A stretch of DNA of 64,000 nucleotides from Felis catus (lineage: Eukaryota). The stretch is taken from assembly GCF_018350175.1 (NCBI RefSeq), contig NC_058374.1:48794001-48858000 (forward strand), read 5' to 3'. Every line of letters starts with the position of its first letter. Within the stretch, counting starts at the first letter, position 1. Under the pieces are notes generated by a model. It saw only the letters and a program-made list of their open reading frames with translations. It did not search any database and was not told where the DNA came from. Both the position numbers and the translations under genes were made by a program. This document shows positions 24,112 to 37,600 of this stretch, in pieces.

Positions 24112-24342
24112 TTTTTTTTTTAAAGTTTTTTTTTTTCAACGTTTTTTATTTATTTTTGGGACAGAGAGAGACAGAGCATGAACGGGGAAGGGCCAGAGAG
24201 AGAGGGAGACACAGAATCGGAAGCCGGCTCCAGGCTCCGAGCCATCAGCCCAGAGCCTGACGCGGGGCTCGAACTCACGGACCGCGAGATCGTGACCTGG
24301 CTGAAGTCAGACGCTTAACCGACTGCGCCACCCAGGCGCCCC
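24112..24342 (-). mobile_element. Very young SINEC_Fc-type SINE with perfect 16-bp TSD
   Basis: TSD tattatgtaacattct at 24096-24111 and 24343-24358; CpGs intact. Confidence 0.97.
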
Positions 24343-24452
24343 TATTATGTAACATTCTGTCTAGAGGTAGAGAGAAGGGCATTAGGATAATTGAAGAGTT
24401 AATTCACAAAGCCTCTGGTTTTGTCCTTTATATATCTATTACTCAAATATTT

Positions 24453-24652
24453 AAAAAAAATTTTTTTAGGGAGAGAGAGAGAGAGCGATTGTGAGTGGAG
24501 CAGAAGGATAGAGGAAGAGAGAGAGAGAATCCCAAGCAGGCTCCATGTCCAGTGTGGAGCTCAATGTGGGGCTCAATTCCACAACACTTCGGCCATGACC
24601 TGAACCAAAAGTAAGAGTCAGATGCTCAACTGACTGAACAACCCAGATGCCC
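24453..24652 (-). mobile_element. Can-SINE (older)
   Basis: (GA)n, ends acccagatgcccc; degenerate TSD ctcaaatattt/ctcaacatttt. Confidence 0.9.
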
Positions 24653-24771
24653 CTCAACATTTTTATTAATATTTTTGAACACTTAGGAAAATATTGTGGT
24701 AGCCAATTTTGTCTCACACTTAAATATCTGATACGGCCAATTACCTTAGTGCTGAGTTATTCTCATTTTTA

Positions 24772-24989
24772 AAAAAAATTTTTTTTAACGTTTATTCATT
24801 TTTGAGACAAAAAGAGACAGAGCATGAATGGGGGAAGGTCAGAGAGAGAGGGAGACACAGAATCTGAAACAGGCTCCAGGCTCTGAGCTGTCAGCACAGA
24901 GCCCAACACGGGGCTCGAACTCACGGACCACGAGATCACAACCTGAGCCGAAGTCGGACGCCCAACCGACTGAACCACCCAAGCGCCCC
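24772..24989 (-). mobile_element. Can-SINE with TSD
   Basis: TSD tctcattttta at 24761-24771 and 24990-25000. Confidence 0.95.
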
Positions 24990-25593
24990 TCTCATTTTTA
25001 ATTATGTGGTCCTATAGATCTTCCTTTTGAAGTGGGACAGTCTCATTTTACACATAATGTCCGGAGACCCAGGAGATAACTAATTCCTGGTTTAACACTT
25101 TAGCTCCTATTATGAGCTCCAATATTTTCCCATGTTCTTCATAGCAAACATGGACAGATGAAATATATATTTTTATATACACAGATTTATATACAGATGC
25201 TATATAAGTACATGTATATGTAGTGTACCTATAGTACACATATGTATGTGTGTGTGGTCTCAGATGAGGTAGTAGAAAAATTGACATAGAGGTGAAAGAA
25301 GAAATGGATATTCATTCAACATGTTCTAAGTGTCTGATGACTTATTACCCCCTTTTAGTTGTGAGAATAACAACGCAATATGTGCATTGTTAATAGCATT
25401 TTACACCACAGGAGAGTATGTCTTAGCAAGGTTAAAATAACAGAACTATGATTAAAATTCTGGTCTTTGAACACAAATTGGAAAGTTCTTTTCATTACAC
25501 CTACTATTTGCACAGGATGAAAAAGGACTTGAACTACATTGAACATTCAAGTATAAATTATTGTTCCATGGAAATGCAAAGAGTAGTTTGAAA

Positions 25594-25815
25594 GGGATGC
25601 TTGGGTGGCTCGGTTGGTTAAGCATCCTATTCTTGACTTTGGCTCAGGTCAGGATCTCATGGTTTGTGGGTTCAAGCCCAGCATCAGGCTCTGTGATGAA
25701 TGTGGAGCCTGTTTAGGATTCTCTCTCTCCTTCTCACTCTGCCCCTCCTCCACTCACACACTCTCTCTCCCTCTCTTTTCCTCTGTCTCAAAACAAATAG
25801 TAAATAAACTTAAAA
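25594..25815 (+). mobile_element. Can-SINE (older)
   Basis: gggatgcttgggtggctcggttgg head, (CT)n, tail. Confidence 0.9.
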
Positions 25816-25959
25816 TAGTTTGGAGGTGTTCTAGGAATAATATATATATGGCCTCAAGTAAAAGATATTTATTATGTGATGACATTTCTGCTTGAAGTTT
25901 GGAAAAATTTACATAAATTTAATAAACATTTTCAGTATCAACTTTTCAAAAGACTCTGT

Positions 25960-26400
25960 GTGTTATAGAACGAACTGTACTCCCCTCAAAAGATATGTGA
26001 AAGTCCTGATTCCCAGTGCCTGTGAGTGTGACCTTACCCGGAATTAGGGTCTTTGTAGATGTAATCAATATGAGATAATATTGGAATAGCTTGGGACTAT
26101 AATTCAATATGACCATTGTCCTAAGAAAAGGGAATTTGGGACACAGACACTGACACACAGGGAAGATGGCCTTGTGATGATGAAGGCAGAGATTGAAGGT
26201 AGGCTTCCAGAAGCCAAGAAACAGCTGATACTGTCAGAAGCCAGATGAGGCAAGGAAGGACCCTTCCCTAGTGGCTTTGGAGGGAACATGGACCAGCTGA
26301 TACCTTCATTTCAGACACTAGGCTTCAGAACTGTAAGAGAATAAATTTCTGTTGCTTTAGTCACCCAGTTTCTGGTAGTTTGCTATGGCAGCACTAATTG
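25960..26400 (+). mobile_element. MaLR MLT1-type LTR
   Basis: MLT1 hallmarks: gtgaccttac..gaattagggtctttgtagatgtaat, agaactgtaagagaataaatttctgttg, gtagtttgctatggcagc. Confidence 0.88.
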
Positions 26401-27454
26401 CCTTTGCTATGGCTGTATGGAAATTAATACACTGTTAGTTCTGGAAAGGAATACAGAAGCTAATTATTTATTCATTTACCAAATTTTTGAGTGCCAGCTT
26501 ATGCCAGGTTCTCTTGCACGGGAAGAATACGCACTGTAGACATAATGAACAAAAACAGACATGATCCTTGCTTTTGTGGCACCTACACTCTAGTTGGGGA
26601 GAAATAAAATAGATAAAGATGACATACAGAAAAGTAAAATTTCAACCGTGGTTAGGTTTGTAATTATCTCTAGTACTTAAAACTATAAGTATACATAATG
26701 GGGAAGTAATCAGATAAGGTTGTTGGGACAGACATTCTTGAAGAAATGACAACTGAAGTGAGATCTAAAGGAAAAATCTCATTATCCAGATGATGGGTTA
26801 ATGAGGATGTGGTGAAATATACCAGGCAGAAGGTAGAGCACATACAAAGGCCCAAGGAGGAGTGAGCTTGGCAAAGTTCAAGGACTGAAGCAGAGACCGT
26901 TGAAGCAGGAGTGTAGGGAGGCAGAAGGAACACATTGTAGGGCGAGACTGGAGAGACAGAGGGAATCAGACAATGTGTCTGGAAGGTCACGCCAAGAGTT
27001 AGTTAGACCTTTATTTATCCCTCCTAAGAGCATGTTAGAGAAAGCCAAGGTATACACGTTTAGTCCAAAGAAAAGAGCTAGTGGCTGATGGTGTGTTTGC
27101 GCCAGATTACGTCCTCGGTTCTTCCTACTCAGATTTGCCAGTGTCCTGAGACCCAGGAAGAGATGCTGTAATCAGAGACTGTGTCACTGAAATCCGGGAA
27201 GAGCACTGAGAGGACAAGGGGGCATGAGCATATTCAAAGCCTAGGCGGTTACAGCTTCAGTGGTTCAGAGAGAGTGTTCCAGGGATGCTGCACAAGAGCA
27301 ACACCACAACATCTGCATCTTTGGGAGTCAGCCTTGCCCCAGAGAGCAAGAGAGAAAGAAAAAGGCAAAGAAATTGTGAAGGTCGGTTTTAAGTATCAGC
27401 TTGACAAGGCCATAGCACCTAGTTACTCAATCAAACACTAAGGAATAGGCCAGG

Positions 27455-27760
27455 AAGAAATTTTGTCGTTGTGATTAACATCTACAATCAATTGATTTAA
27501 ATAGAGGAGATTATCCTTGCTAATCTGGGTGAGCCTGATCCAATCAATTATCAAGCCTTAAAAGGAGAACTGACATTGCCCTTAAAAAAAAGTTTGGCCT
27601 GTGGACTGCTGCATTAGTTTCTACCTGAGAGTTTCCAGCCTTCACTAAAGATTTCAGGCTTGCCTAGCCAGCCCCCACAACCACATACACCAATTTCTCA
27701 CAACTTCTGTGTAAAAATGTATTAATGCTTAAGTCTAATCATTGTTTCTCCGCTAGGACA
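27455..27760 (+). mobile_element. ERVL MLT2-type LTR fragment
   Basis: gattaacatctacaatc...agattatccttgctaatctgggtgagcctgatccaatca...gcctagccagcccccacaa. Confidence 0.75.
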
Positions 27761-29339
27761 TTGACTGATATGGACATGAGGGTGCTGAGAGGTATGGTTG
27801 ATGAAGCACCTGTTGGGGATCTCAAAATTAAGTGGAGGGGTTGGGTTAGTGAGCAGCAGACTAAATTTCCCACAGGAGGAGTGGAGGTCCAAACCAGAGA
27901 AATATGGTTTTGTGATCGTTATTTTGAAAATATGTTAACATTCAGGCCGTTATGATCCGTGGCAATGTCGTTCCGTGTTATTGGACAGGTTTAATGATGG
28001 TGAAAGTGGGGGGCAGTAAGCCTGTCTCTGAATGTTATTTATGGCCTTATTGAGCTTTCCTCAAAACATTTCTCTTAGTTCTTTATGCTTTGTAATTTCT
28101 ACCAGCAAGATTAGGAGACTGCCAGCTTGTGGACATTTAGCTTCTTAGTCTAGTGCTAACAAAAACAAATACATAAACAAACACATGTGCACAAATGTTC
28201 TTGAGACCTGTTAAAATGGGAACAGACTTTAAATTATTCACTGCATGACCTCATTTTACAGAAGGAAAACTTGAGGCACAGAGGATGAAGTGGTGGGTCA
28301 CTCATGATATTTTCATTTGACCAATTTGATCAGCCATTTTGAAACTTTAGCTACGTGCTCCTCCAGGGCTCAAAATGGATTAAGACAGGCTAAAGGCGCA
28401 GGTTGGACAGATACGAGATTTGGGGTGAGAAATCGGATAGATGAGGTTCAGAAGAGGATGAGGCTGAGGGATGGTTCTTAACACATTGTTTTATTGTAAA
28501 ATTAGTGTTAAAAATCAGTGTAAAATACATATTTGATAAAATGGAAGAGCTTGTTCTAAATAGTAAAATGCCCCTCATACCCATTATGTTCTCTACTTCC
28601 TAGAGGCAACTCTTTATCTGCTTCTATTTTTTATCATCTCATAGTTACCAGGATAACTTAAAATTATAGGCTTCTGTCTTTAAACAATATTTAGAGACTC
28701 CTTGGGATAAAAAATGACATATTAACTTTTATCATTGGCTACTTCCCCTAGCCATTCTCATTTCCTATATTCAATACTTATTATTTTTAGATTTTCTATT
28801 CATTACCACTATTATTTCAATGATACAGTTCAGTGATGTTCCGTCTTCTACCAGCTTTAGTCATTATCTTGAATCTTCGCTTATTTAGGATGACACTCTT
28901 AGGGTTTCACCCCTCTCTCCAAATTTCTTTCTTCTTTTGCCCATTATGTCAGCCACAACTTTTCTTTTATATTCTCAGGATTTTCAATATTAACATTCTG
29001 TTCACTAGCACTCCCTGAATCTTCTATATTTTCCCTATAAATTGATTCTAAAAACAAAACTAACCAACAACAGTTACATTATTGTGACTATATAATTTCC
29101 CCCCACCCCTCAAAGTGGGGCCAACTAGTACGCTTAGTAAACATCTCTTCTCTACTCATTCAGTGTCTACATTTCTGGACTGCTCAGGGAAACATCTTTC
29201 CAGTATAAAGGTCAGAAAGAATTTCTTCCTCTACACATCATTAGTTATTTAAGGTCCTGTAAAGTTTTTTGTTTTATTTATTTGTTTACTTGTTAATTAT
29301 CTTGTTTGTTTTTTGTTTTGGCAAAAAACCAATATACTA

Positions 29340-30060
29340 CATCATACTCTCATAGTTTATCTAGCTTCATGATTATTTTGTTTATTGTGTCAAGTCCTCC
29401 ACCTCTGGGGGACACTTCCCTACCAGAGCCTCTATCCTACTGGGCCTATCTGGACTGGCTGGTTTCCAAGCTCGGAGCATAGCTATGTTGTTCCAGACAT
29501 ACTCTTTTCTAGATCAAATTCGTGTTTTCCTTCCTGGAAATATTTACAATTATTTTTTGTTGTTGGTGCTCTAAAATTTACAAGGATTTTTCACTCACTC
29601 TACTCAGCAATTAGGAAATCCTTCTCTGCTGAAAATGTCTTTCCCAATTTTGGAGATTTTTTTCTGCCTGCTGTGTCTTTGGTAATATTCTTTCCCCCAT
29701 TTTCTCTGTTCTCTCTCTCTGAGATTCTAAGTCAAAAGATGGTTTCTCTAGTTCTCTTATGTTTTCTGTCATATTATATTTCTCCTTTTTGTTTTGCTTA
29801 TGTTTCTTGATATTTTTGTCCTTTATTTTTCCTATAGTTTTGTGGGGGTTTTTTTCTATCCTATTTTCAAACTCTTTACCAGTCTCTGCTTTGTCCTTTT
29901 TCTGCACATCCTGTTCGTGGATGTCAAATCTTTTTGTATCCCTGAGTTCTCTTTTATTCCCTGTGGTTATTTTGTTGTTGTTGATGATGATCTTTTTTTT
30001 TTTCTTTATGCTGCTGTACTTTTTCACATATCTAGTTACCTTTGGTTTGTTTCTCCATAT
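29340..30060 (-). mobile_element. Ancient L1 ORF1 coiled-coil remnant
   Basis: ORF 29611..30027(-) NIRELEK...QRERTEKMGERILPKTQQAEKN resembles degenerate ORF1p (IRDLED...GVPEGENRENGGEEIIKEII); T-rich plus strand. Confidence 0.6.
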
Positions 30061-33000
30061 TTAAGAATAAAGGATGGGATCTGGTAAAAGCACCTCCCCT
30101 GTTATACTGGTTTCTAATATTGGCTTTCAGATATTAGAGTATTCACTGAGTGGAAATTCTGAGAGGGACTTCTGTTTATAAAGGCAGAGCTTGTGCAATG
30201 GCAAGCTTAGCTTTACGATGAGAAGATGTGAGGGTGGCTGTCAGGTGTGGTTTCCCCAAAAGTCAGAGTGAGGAGACTTGACTGTGAGTGTCAACATCAT
30301 ACTAGAAGTCTTAGCTCCCCAGACTTGCAAATGTCAGCAATGAGAGAGAAGAAGAGAGCAAAATTTCTCTGTTTATATTTCCAGTAAATCTGTCTATTTC
30401 CAGGCTCCTAATCAGTCCCTCCCCCTGAGCTCAGAGCCCCTCTGATATTCTAGTTGGCAGATGGTGGCATCCCACACCCCCTTCATCTTCCAACACAGCT
30501 CTCTCATGGAACATTCCAGGCCATGACTTCTTTTGCTATAGTCCATCAATAAACTCCCATCTGCATTCTATCTTCCAAAGATTTACTAAAATCTCTTATG
30601 TATTGGTTGTTCTTGCCCTCTATCTGTACTCTTTTCTTGAGTCTGTGTGTGTATATTTCTGAAATATTTCAATCTATTCTGGGAGATATGGGACATAAAG
30701 GCATGTACCTTTGAACAGTTTGATTCCTTTTGATGTTAAAATGTTGTATTTTATTAGTGCTAGTGTGTGCTTTTCTGATTCTTAAAAAAATAATCTTCCC
30801 ACAATTTGTTTTTTATGATGTCGGTTTCAGGACACAGAAATTATTTCATACATATTTTGTTGAGTAAGGATCTACAAAGGAACTTGGAGATAGTTTCTGT
30901 TCCTTCCAAATAATAAATCAAGGACAGTCTGAGGACCTCTATGCATTCTGGAACATGATATGCACTTTGGTACATAAAAACACAACGTATTGTTGCTGCC
31001 TTCTGGAACTATAAATGATAGTGGCAGGGACAAAGCTATTCAGAAAAACAAGAATCAATAAAAGACATTATATAATTAAATCCCAAATTGTATAAAATAG
31101 CTGATTGTCTTTTAACCTCTTTCATCGAGACTGAGAGCCATGAAGACTTGAGACAGTGTGGATGCCTCCCTAGAGGAGCTAGAAGCTGAGTTGGCATAAA
31201 TAGGACCATAGTTAGAGAGAGGGTGGGCAGATGGGAATGATCAAGGCACAGAGGACCCAGTGAGGGCCAGCTTATTATGGTCTAATGAATCAGACAAAAC
31301 CCAATCGAATGTGTGGAATCACTTTTTTGGTCAATAAACACTAACTGAGCATCTCCTATGTGCAAGCAAGGTATTGTGTTGGGTGCCAGATGGGTAAAAC
31401 AGTGAAAGAAATCCTTGTCTCTTTCTGTTTATAGAAATAGATACAGCTGATGGGAGCATGAGAACATATGTTAAGACAGCTCCCAATTTAGGTCTTTCAG
31501 TCTCCTCATTTGTAAAACAAAGATGTTAGATGGGTGATAGAATCTCTAAGCCTCCTTTCAATGATTATAACTTATGCAACAATCACATTTAGAGGTACTT
31601 CAAGTTGTTGGCTTATTCTGTTTCAGATCTAGGGGTTTTCAAACTGCTGCAGATGCATGGCAAGAACATGCAGATCATCAATATTCATTAGTTTTTCAAA
31701 GATAAATATTAGTGGATAGCAATATAATGATTAATCTTTTCATCACTGTAATTGGTTTGATAACATTGTAGCAAGGTATTAAAGCACTTACCACTAAGAC
31801 AGTCTGATTGTGAAAATACAGAGGGACTGTGGATTTGGACAGGGCTAAATTTACTGTTCTTTGCTGATCAAACAGATGCAAAGGCCATTGGGGAACTAGG
31901 AAAAGGAGGGAAATCATACACAGTTTAGTAACATTGTCTACAGTGACAAGGAGCTTAATTAGGGACTTCAATATCTATTCCAGAGAAATGGAGAAGTAAA
32001 TTTCTAAATTTTTTTTTTTTCATTTTCCAGCAGGGTTGGTTAATTCTTAGCGTTTGTCCTGGAGGGAAATCATCTGAAGACTGTAGAGAACACTGAGAAA
32101 ATACACCTTGGTTTCTGACATCACACTCTTTCAGACCCAAAGTGCTCTGAATACATTTACATTCCCCATCCCCACAGTGTGTTTAGCAGAGAAACTATAT
32201 TCCAGAATTGTGTAACTTTAACATTTGATACTACTCATTAGTGGCAAGTAACAGGAAATCTGTTGGTTTAAACCTTTTTTGAAAACCTTCACTTTTCTTC
32301 AATCATCAGACCGAAGCTGTGTAGATGCTAGTGACAGGTCCATTGCTGAAAGATGTCAGGGTTGCTAAAACATGCTAAAAGATTTTCAGGTCTTTTTTTC
32401 CCATAACTGCAAGGTGGCTGTTTCAGCACCAGCCATCACATCCATGTTCACGATAGGACGAAGGAGACAGAAAAGCCAAAAACAGCCAGAAAATGCAACA
32501 CTGATTCCTATCCCCACTCCAGCAGACTTTTCCTTACAGATCAGAACTATCACACGGCTACCTCTAAGAAAAGGAGGCCATAAAGATTTCCAGCTGCTAT
32601 ACAAAGAGACCATGAAGATGAAGGGGTTGGGAATGCCTTTTGCGTAGCCAATCACCAATGTCTGCCCCATTATTTCATAAGTCGGCAGCCTACTTTGAAC
32701 AAATAAATGCTTAATATTACAGATTCCCCCCCACAACTGTGTGCCAAGATAGCTTACTGATTGATATTCATCTACTTATCCATTCAACAAATACATTACT
32801 CTGAGTCAGGCAGTAAAAAAAACTTCCCTCAGGGAGTTTCCAGATGAGACAGATAAACTAAAACAAAGGGAGAACACCTAAATCGGTTTGAAGTTGGAAG
32901 AGGCTGGGAGGAGGCATTTTGAACCAGGCACTGTCTTAAATTTGGGAAATACAAAGACAAAAGAAATTCAGTTCAGTGGAAGAAGACAGACAGGAGAGTG

Positions 33001-33089
33001 GGATAAGGGATGAGATAGAGGTTCCTGTCACCTTAGTTCTTCCATTATTCAGGCCTTTAGGACCAAGGAATCATTGCTTTTCTTAATCA

Positions 33090-33155
33090 TTTTTTTAAAA
33101 ATGTTTATTTATTTATTTTTGAGAAAGAGAGAGCGTGCACAAGAAGGGGAGATGC

Positions 33156-33204
<49 letters not shown>

Positions 33205-33241
33205 TGGAATCCCCAAACCAACTGAATCACCCAGGTGACCC
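33090..33241 (-). mobile_element. Internally deleted Can-SINE with expanded (GA)n
   Basis: Tail and (AG)~21, then a jump from gaatcccc to aaccaactgaatcacccaggtgaccc; TSD ttcttaatcattt/ttcttaaccattt. Confidence 0.85.
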
Positions 33242-33373
33242 TTCTTAACCATTTCAAAACAGAAATGTCTTAGATATTTTGTAGGTCTAGCAACTTCTAC
33301 ACCCCATGCTCAGGCCCTTAGAAACTATATTCTTTCTGAGCTCTACAGGCTTTCTGTAGGTTTTTCGGTAGAA

Positions 33374-33375
<2 letters not shown>

Positions 33376-33417
<42 letters not shown>
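33376..33417. repeat. (AC)21 microsatellite
   Basis: Direct reading of the sequence. Confidence 0.95.
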
Positions 33418-33419
<2 letters not shown>

Positions 33420-34454
33420 TCTTCTACCCTCAAGTTCTATGACCTGAAGGCCTCTTATCCTCTTTTTTCCCCTCCACATCTTCCTTCCCTTCTATATCTT
33501 TCCTTCCCTCACTGGTCACCTTAAACTCATGAAGGAGTCTCATGAATCCTTCACCTGAAGAATGCACACTTACATCTGGTATTCAGGCAATGTGACCCTA
33601 TGGGCTGTTCAGATATTGATATTTCCATAACATAGGTACATAATTACTGTCCTGAGCCCCCTACATGCCCCCCCCCCCACACTCCTGCACCTTAGACTCT
33701 TTTCTACATCTGAAGCCAATGGGTTAATACCTAGCACTGCATGAGACCTGGAGGACGTCACTTTATTGCCCGTGCCTTTTGGTTCTTAAATATGTTTAAT
33801 ACCTTTTCTGAGCTATTCAACAGCACATAGAGTCTGCAAAACTCAAATGCCTCCAGAGGCCAGGGGATAGTGGAAACCTGGTGCAGCAAGCTGAGTGGGA
33901 CCAGAGGTTGTGCAGCACTGAGGACAGCATGCTCGTGTCAGAAGACATCTTCAAGCAGTGGACCCTGGAAAGTGAGGCCTAGTATTACCAGATTGTCAGA
34001 AAAGAAGTCAGAATATGGGTTTTAATGTTAGCTATGAGAAGCAATATGGTGAGAAGAGTTTTTTTAATCCCTCGGGAAATAAAGATTGTATTTATAGCAT
34101 TTTAAGTAGTATGTATAACCTGATGTTTTATATTAAACAGAGTTTAAATTAATTAAGGATCAGTAAACATATGCTGGAGTCTCAGTTACTCTTTCTAACA
34201 CATGTTACTGTAACGACACACATGCACACTCATAGAGATTTGATTAATATCCTCCATAATTTAATAGTCATAGTGCCTTGAAGAAGCAAAACAAATTAGA
34301 GTCCAGGCATCTGTGGTATTTATTTTGCCCAAAGTAAAAATATAGCAGAGCTGGAACAACCATTTTACCATATTTTTATCTAGGCAACTAACTATACATT
34401 AAGCTACGAACAGGTGATTTGCCACTGAAGCTTTAAAAAAAAGGGCAAGTTGAA

Positions 34455-34679
34455 GGGCACCTGGGTGGCTTAGTCGGTTGGGCAGCAGACTTCGGCTCAG
34501 GTCATGACCTCATGGTCCGTGAGTCCATGAGTTTGAGCCCAGCGTCGGGCTGTGTGCTGATAGCTCAGAGCCCGGAGCCTGGAGTTCTGTGTCTCCCTCT
34601 CTCTCTGCACCTCCCTCGCTTGTGCTCTGTCTCTCTCTCTCTCAAAAATAATAAACATTAAAAAAAAGTTAAAAAGAAC
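34455..34679 (+). mobile_element. Can-SINE
   Basis: gggcacctgggtggcttag head; TSD aaagggcaagttg/aaaggacaagttg. Confidence 0.93.
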
Positions 34680-37600
34680 AAAGGACAAGTTGCTAACTCA
34701 TCTTCTCTGGGATTTCATTCTCCTGTATAATCTGTGCCCGTAGCTCTTTACCAACTTTGAGGAGATCATTTCAGACACCACAGAGTATGTCTGGGATGCA
34801 AAAACATCCTCCAAGAGAGTGTCCTGCCGCCCACCCACCTCAGTGTGCTGGGCTTGAGCTCATGTGTCTGTCTTTGGTTCTTCCCAGGACGCCACAAATC
34901 TTAAGTCTTGTTGTTTTATCAGGGAGATGATGTTAGCCAGAATGCTTAATACGAGCCACTGACAGTTGGAATGATGGCTTATGAAACACAGAAAGTTAAT
35001 GTAAAATGTCAATCCAGGTGAACTGGAGCCATTAGTTGTTTTTCTAGAATTTTCTGTGTGTTCATCACATTAAAAAGAAGAAGTGGATTGAATACCCTTT
35101 TCCCCCATGGACCTAGCACTACCGGCCATTGGTATGTATTTGTTTCTGTCTGTCTTCCCCATTAGAATGTCAGCTCCAGAAGGACAGGGGATTTGTCTGT
35201 CTTATTCACTGTTATAACCACCCCAACACCTAGAAAAATGCCTGGAAATGGAAGGATGTCAATAAATATTTCTTGGTTAATAAATACACGAATGAATAAA
35301 ATGAAGGAGATGATTATTTGTGTGCATGGATGGCTGCAAAGATCAATGGGGCATAGACAGGGGCTTTCTTACTCTAGACTCAGCAGTGCTGTTCCCCGTT
35401 TGCAAACCTCAGGTGCCAGTTGAACCATCAGCTGTGATTTGTGAATGCCTCCGTTTACTCGAAGTCATTGCTAAGAAGATACTGTGCTGATTTATGAAGT
35501 TAGTCTCAATTCCAAACCCAGCTTTCTATCTTCAACTTTGTGACACAGGGCTGGGAAATATAGTTTGGGCTGCCTGGAGGAGGAAGCCCTGGGGGCATGC
35601 TGTGAGGTTGGAAGGGGACTGCCTGGACGTTCCTGTTCTGGTTTCTGTCAACAGCATACCCAGCAGCAGCTGCTCTCTTTTGGCAGCCGTGACTGTTCCG
35701 GTCTGTTCTCCAGTTCCTTCTAAGCCCTCCCTAATTCTGCAGAGCTGTCTGCACCAGCCAGGCAGTGCCGTCTCCGCAGCGGTCTGCTGGGCTTTGAGGA
35801 CCCGTTCTCCACCCCCAAGTTCCCCCCTCCACTGCACCTTCCCCATGGTGCTTCCTGCTTCTGGAAGTTCTCTCTGTGTTAATCCCTTCAATGTCCCCTT
35901 TTCGCATTTTCCACCCTCTAACACTTACTTAGGCAATTGTTTAGTTGCTGATAATTACTTTATACTGCGTCTATCTGTTAAATGATTAGTACGCTTTCTA
36001 GTTTCCTGAACTGGACCTCAGTGGACAAAGATTCTTGTCATGTTCTTTGTCCTAAAGCTATATGTGTTTCTCCAAATTTTATATTTTAAGGCTCTAATAA
36101 TTCACAGACTTTCAGAGCTGCTACAATTTAATTTAATTGTAATTGCAGGATTTCTTTTAATTTAAAAGATCTTTCTGATGATGGGTATTTAACTACATAA
36201 CACACATGGAAACATGTACAGAATACAAATACCATAATTCCTTTCATCAACTTTAATATATTTCAGTTGGATCAATTTTTTTTTTTTTTTTTTTTACTCT
36301 TCAGAGCAACTCTTTTTAAAAATGCAACATAAAAAAACCCAAAAAACCTGAATGGTCCATGGATTCTGAGATCATCATCTCTTTCCATGATACTGGAGGA
36401 GAGAAGAACTTCCTATAGATTTATAATCCTGTCCCAGACAGGTAAAAAAAAATTCAGATTGAATAATTTGAGTAGTTTTCAGGAGGGCCTCATCTTGACA
36501 GACCACTTGCTTATTCCTGCCAGAGTCTGTTCATGGCAAGAAGGATGCAAGTACACAGAATTTGAAAACCATGTTTTAGGAAGCTATCCTTTCCTGCTGG
36601 GTCAGAGTAAGGGGTTCCAAACAGCTCATTAGGAAATCCTGGGCTGCGACCAGACGAGAAACAGAAATGGCCATCTACGATGGCTGAAGTTCTGTGTAAT
36701 CTCACAGTTATGCCCACAGTAGGCTTTCTGTCTCTGAATTGTGACCTAAGGTCCAGCAATCCATTTGATTTTGCTGATCACAGCATTTCCTTGTATTCAG
36801 CAAAAGATGAAAACGTGATATAATGGGAAGGTTCCAGCCATCAGTAGAGAGTGTTGCTTGACCTATGGAGAGGACATAAAAGTGTTCCTCTCTCTCTCAC
36901 CAATTTCTGGGGCTCCTATCCGCCAAGTGCCTCTTAGGTGCAAAGCATTATTGTAGACACTTTACATGCATTTTTTTTTATTGGTTCCCCACAAACCTGT
37001 GTTTGTAGGTGTTATGGTGACATAATTTATCACAAGTCTTGAGCCCAGAATTTAATCACCCACAATTAGAAAGTGGTGGAACTAGCCCTTTGTCAAAACT
37101 AAGTTTAAAACCTGAAGTTTTGTCTTTTTATTTTCCTTCCTTCCACTATAACAGCTGATGTGCTCTTGAGCATAATCTTGTGGGGCATTTTTCCTATTTT
37201 CCATTAATGAAGACCACAGAGGACTTATTGTCTCTTTCAACTTCTTCTTGATTTGCATTATTTTTCCATTTCAAAAACAGATATCATGCCATCTCTTGTA
37301 ATTTTCAATAGATTTTATGGCATCAGTATTGATTCCTAAAGATGCCCCTTAGAGTGTCAGATCTGAAACTATTGATTACTCAGAAATTCCTCCTTTATTT
37401 AATTTTAATGTCAACTGGGTCATTAGAACTTCAGGTTTCACATTTCCTCTGTAAGTAGTTTTCTGGCAGAAGATGGGCACTTCCTTTACTGTTTTACTAA
37501 AATTGTATAATTTTTGGGTGTTTTCTTTAGCAAACATTGAAAGAACACTTATATACGTTGGGTGCTGGAGTGCAATTCTTACTGCAATCTTACCTAAGAT

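Noticed and set aside
35494-35985. Overlapping 163-aa (+) and 130-aa (-) ORFs as protein genes
   Set aside because: No recognisable domain, and stop scarcity is explained by local GC richness. Kept only as a regulatory or lncRNA candidate.
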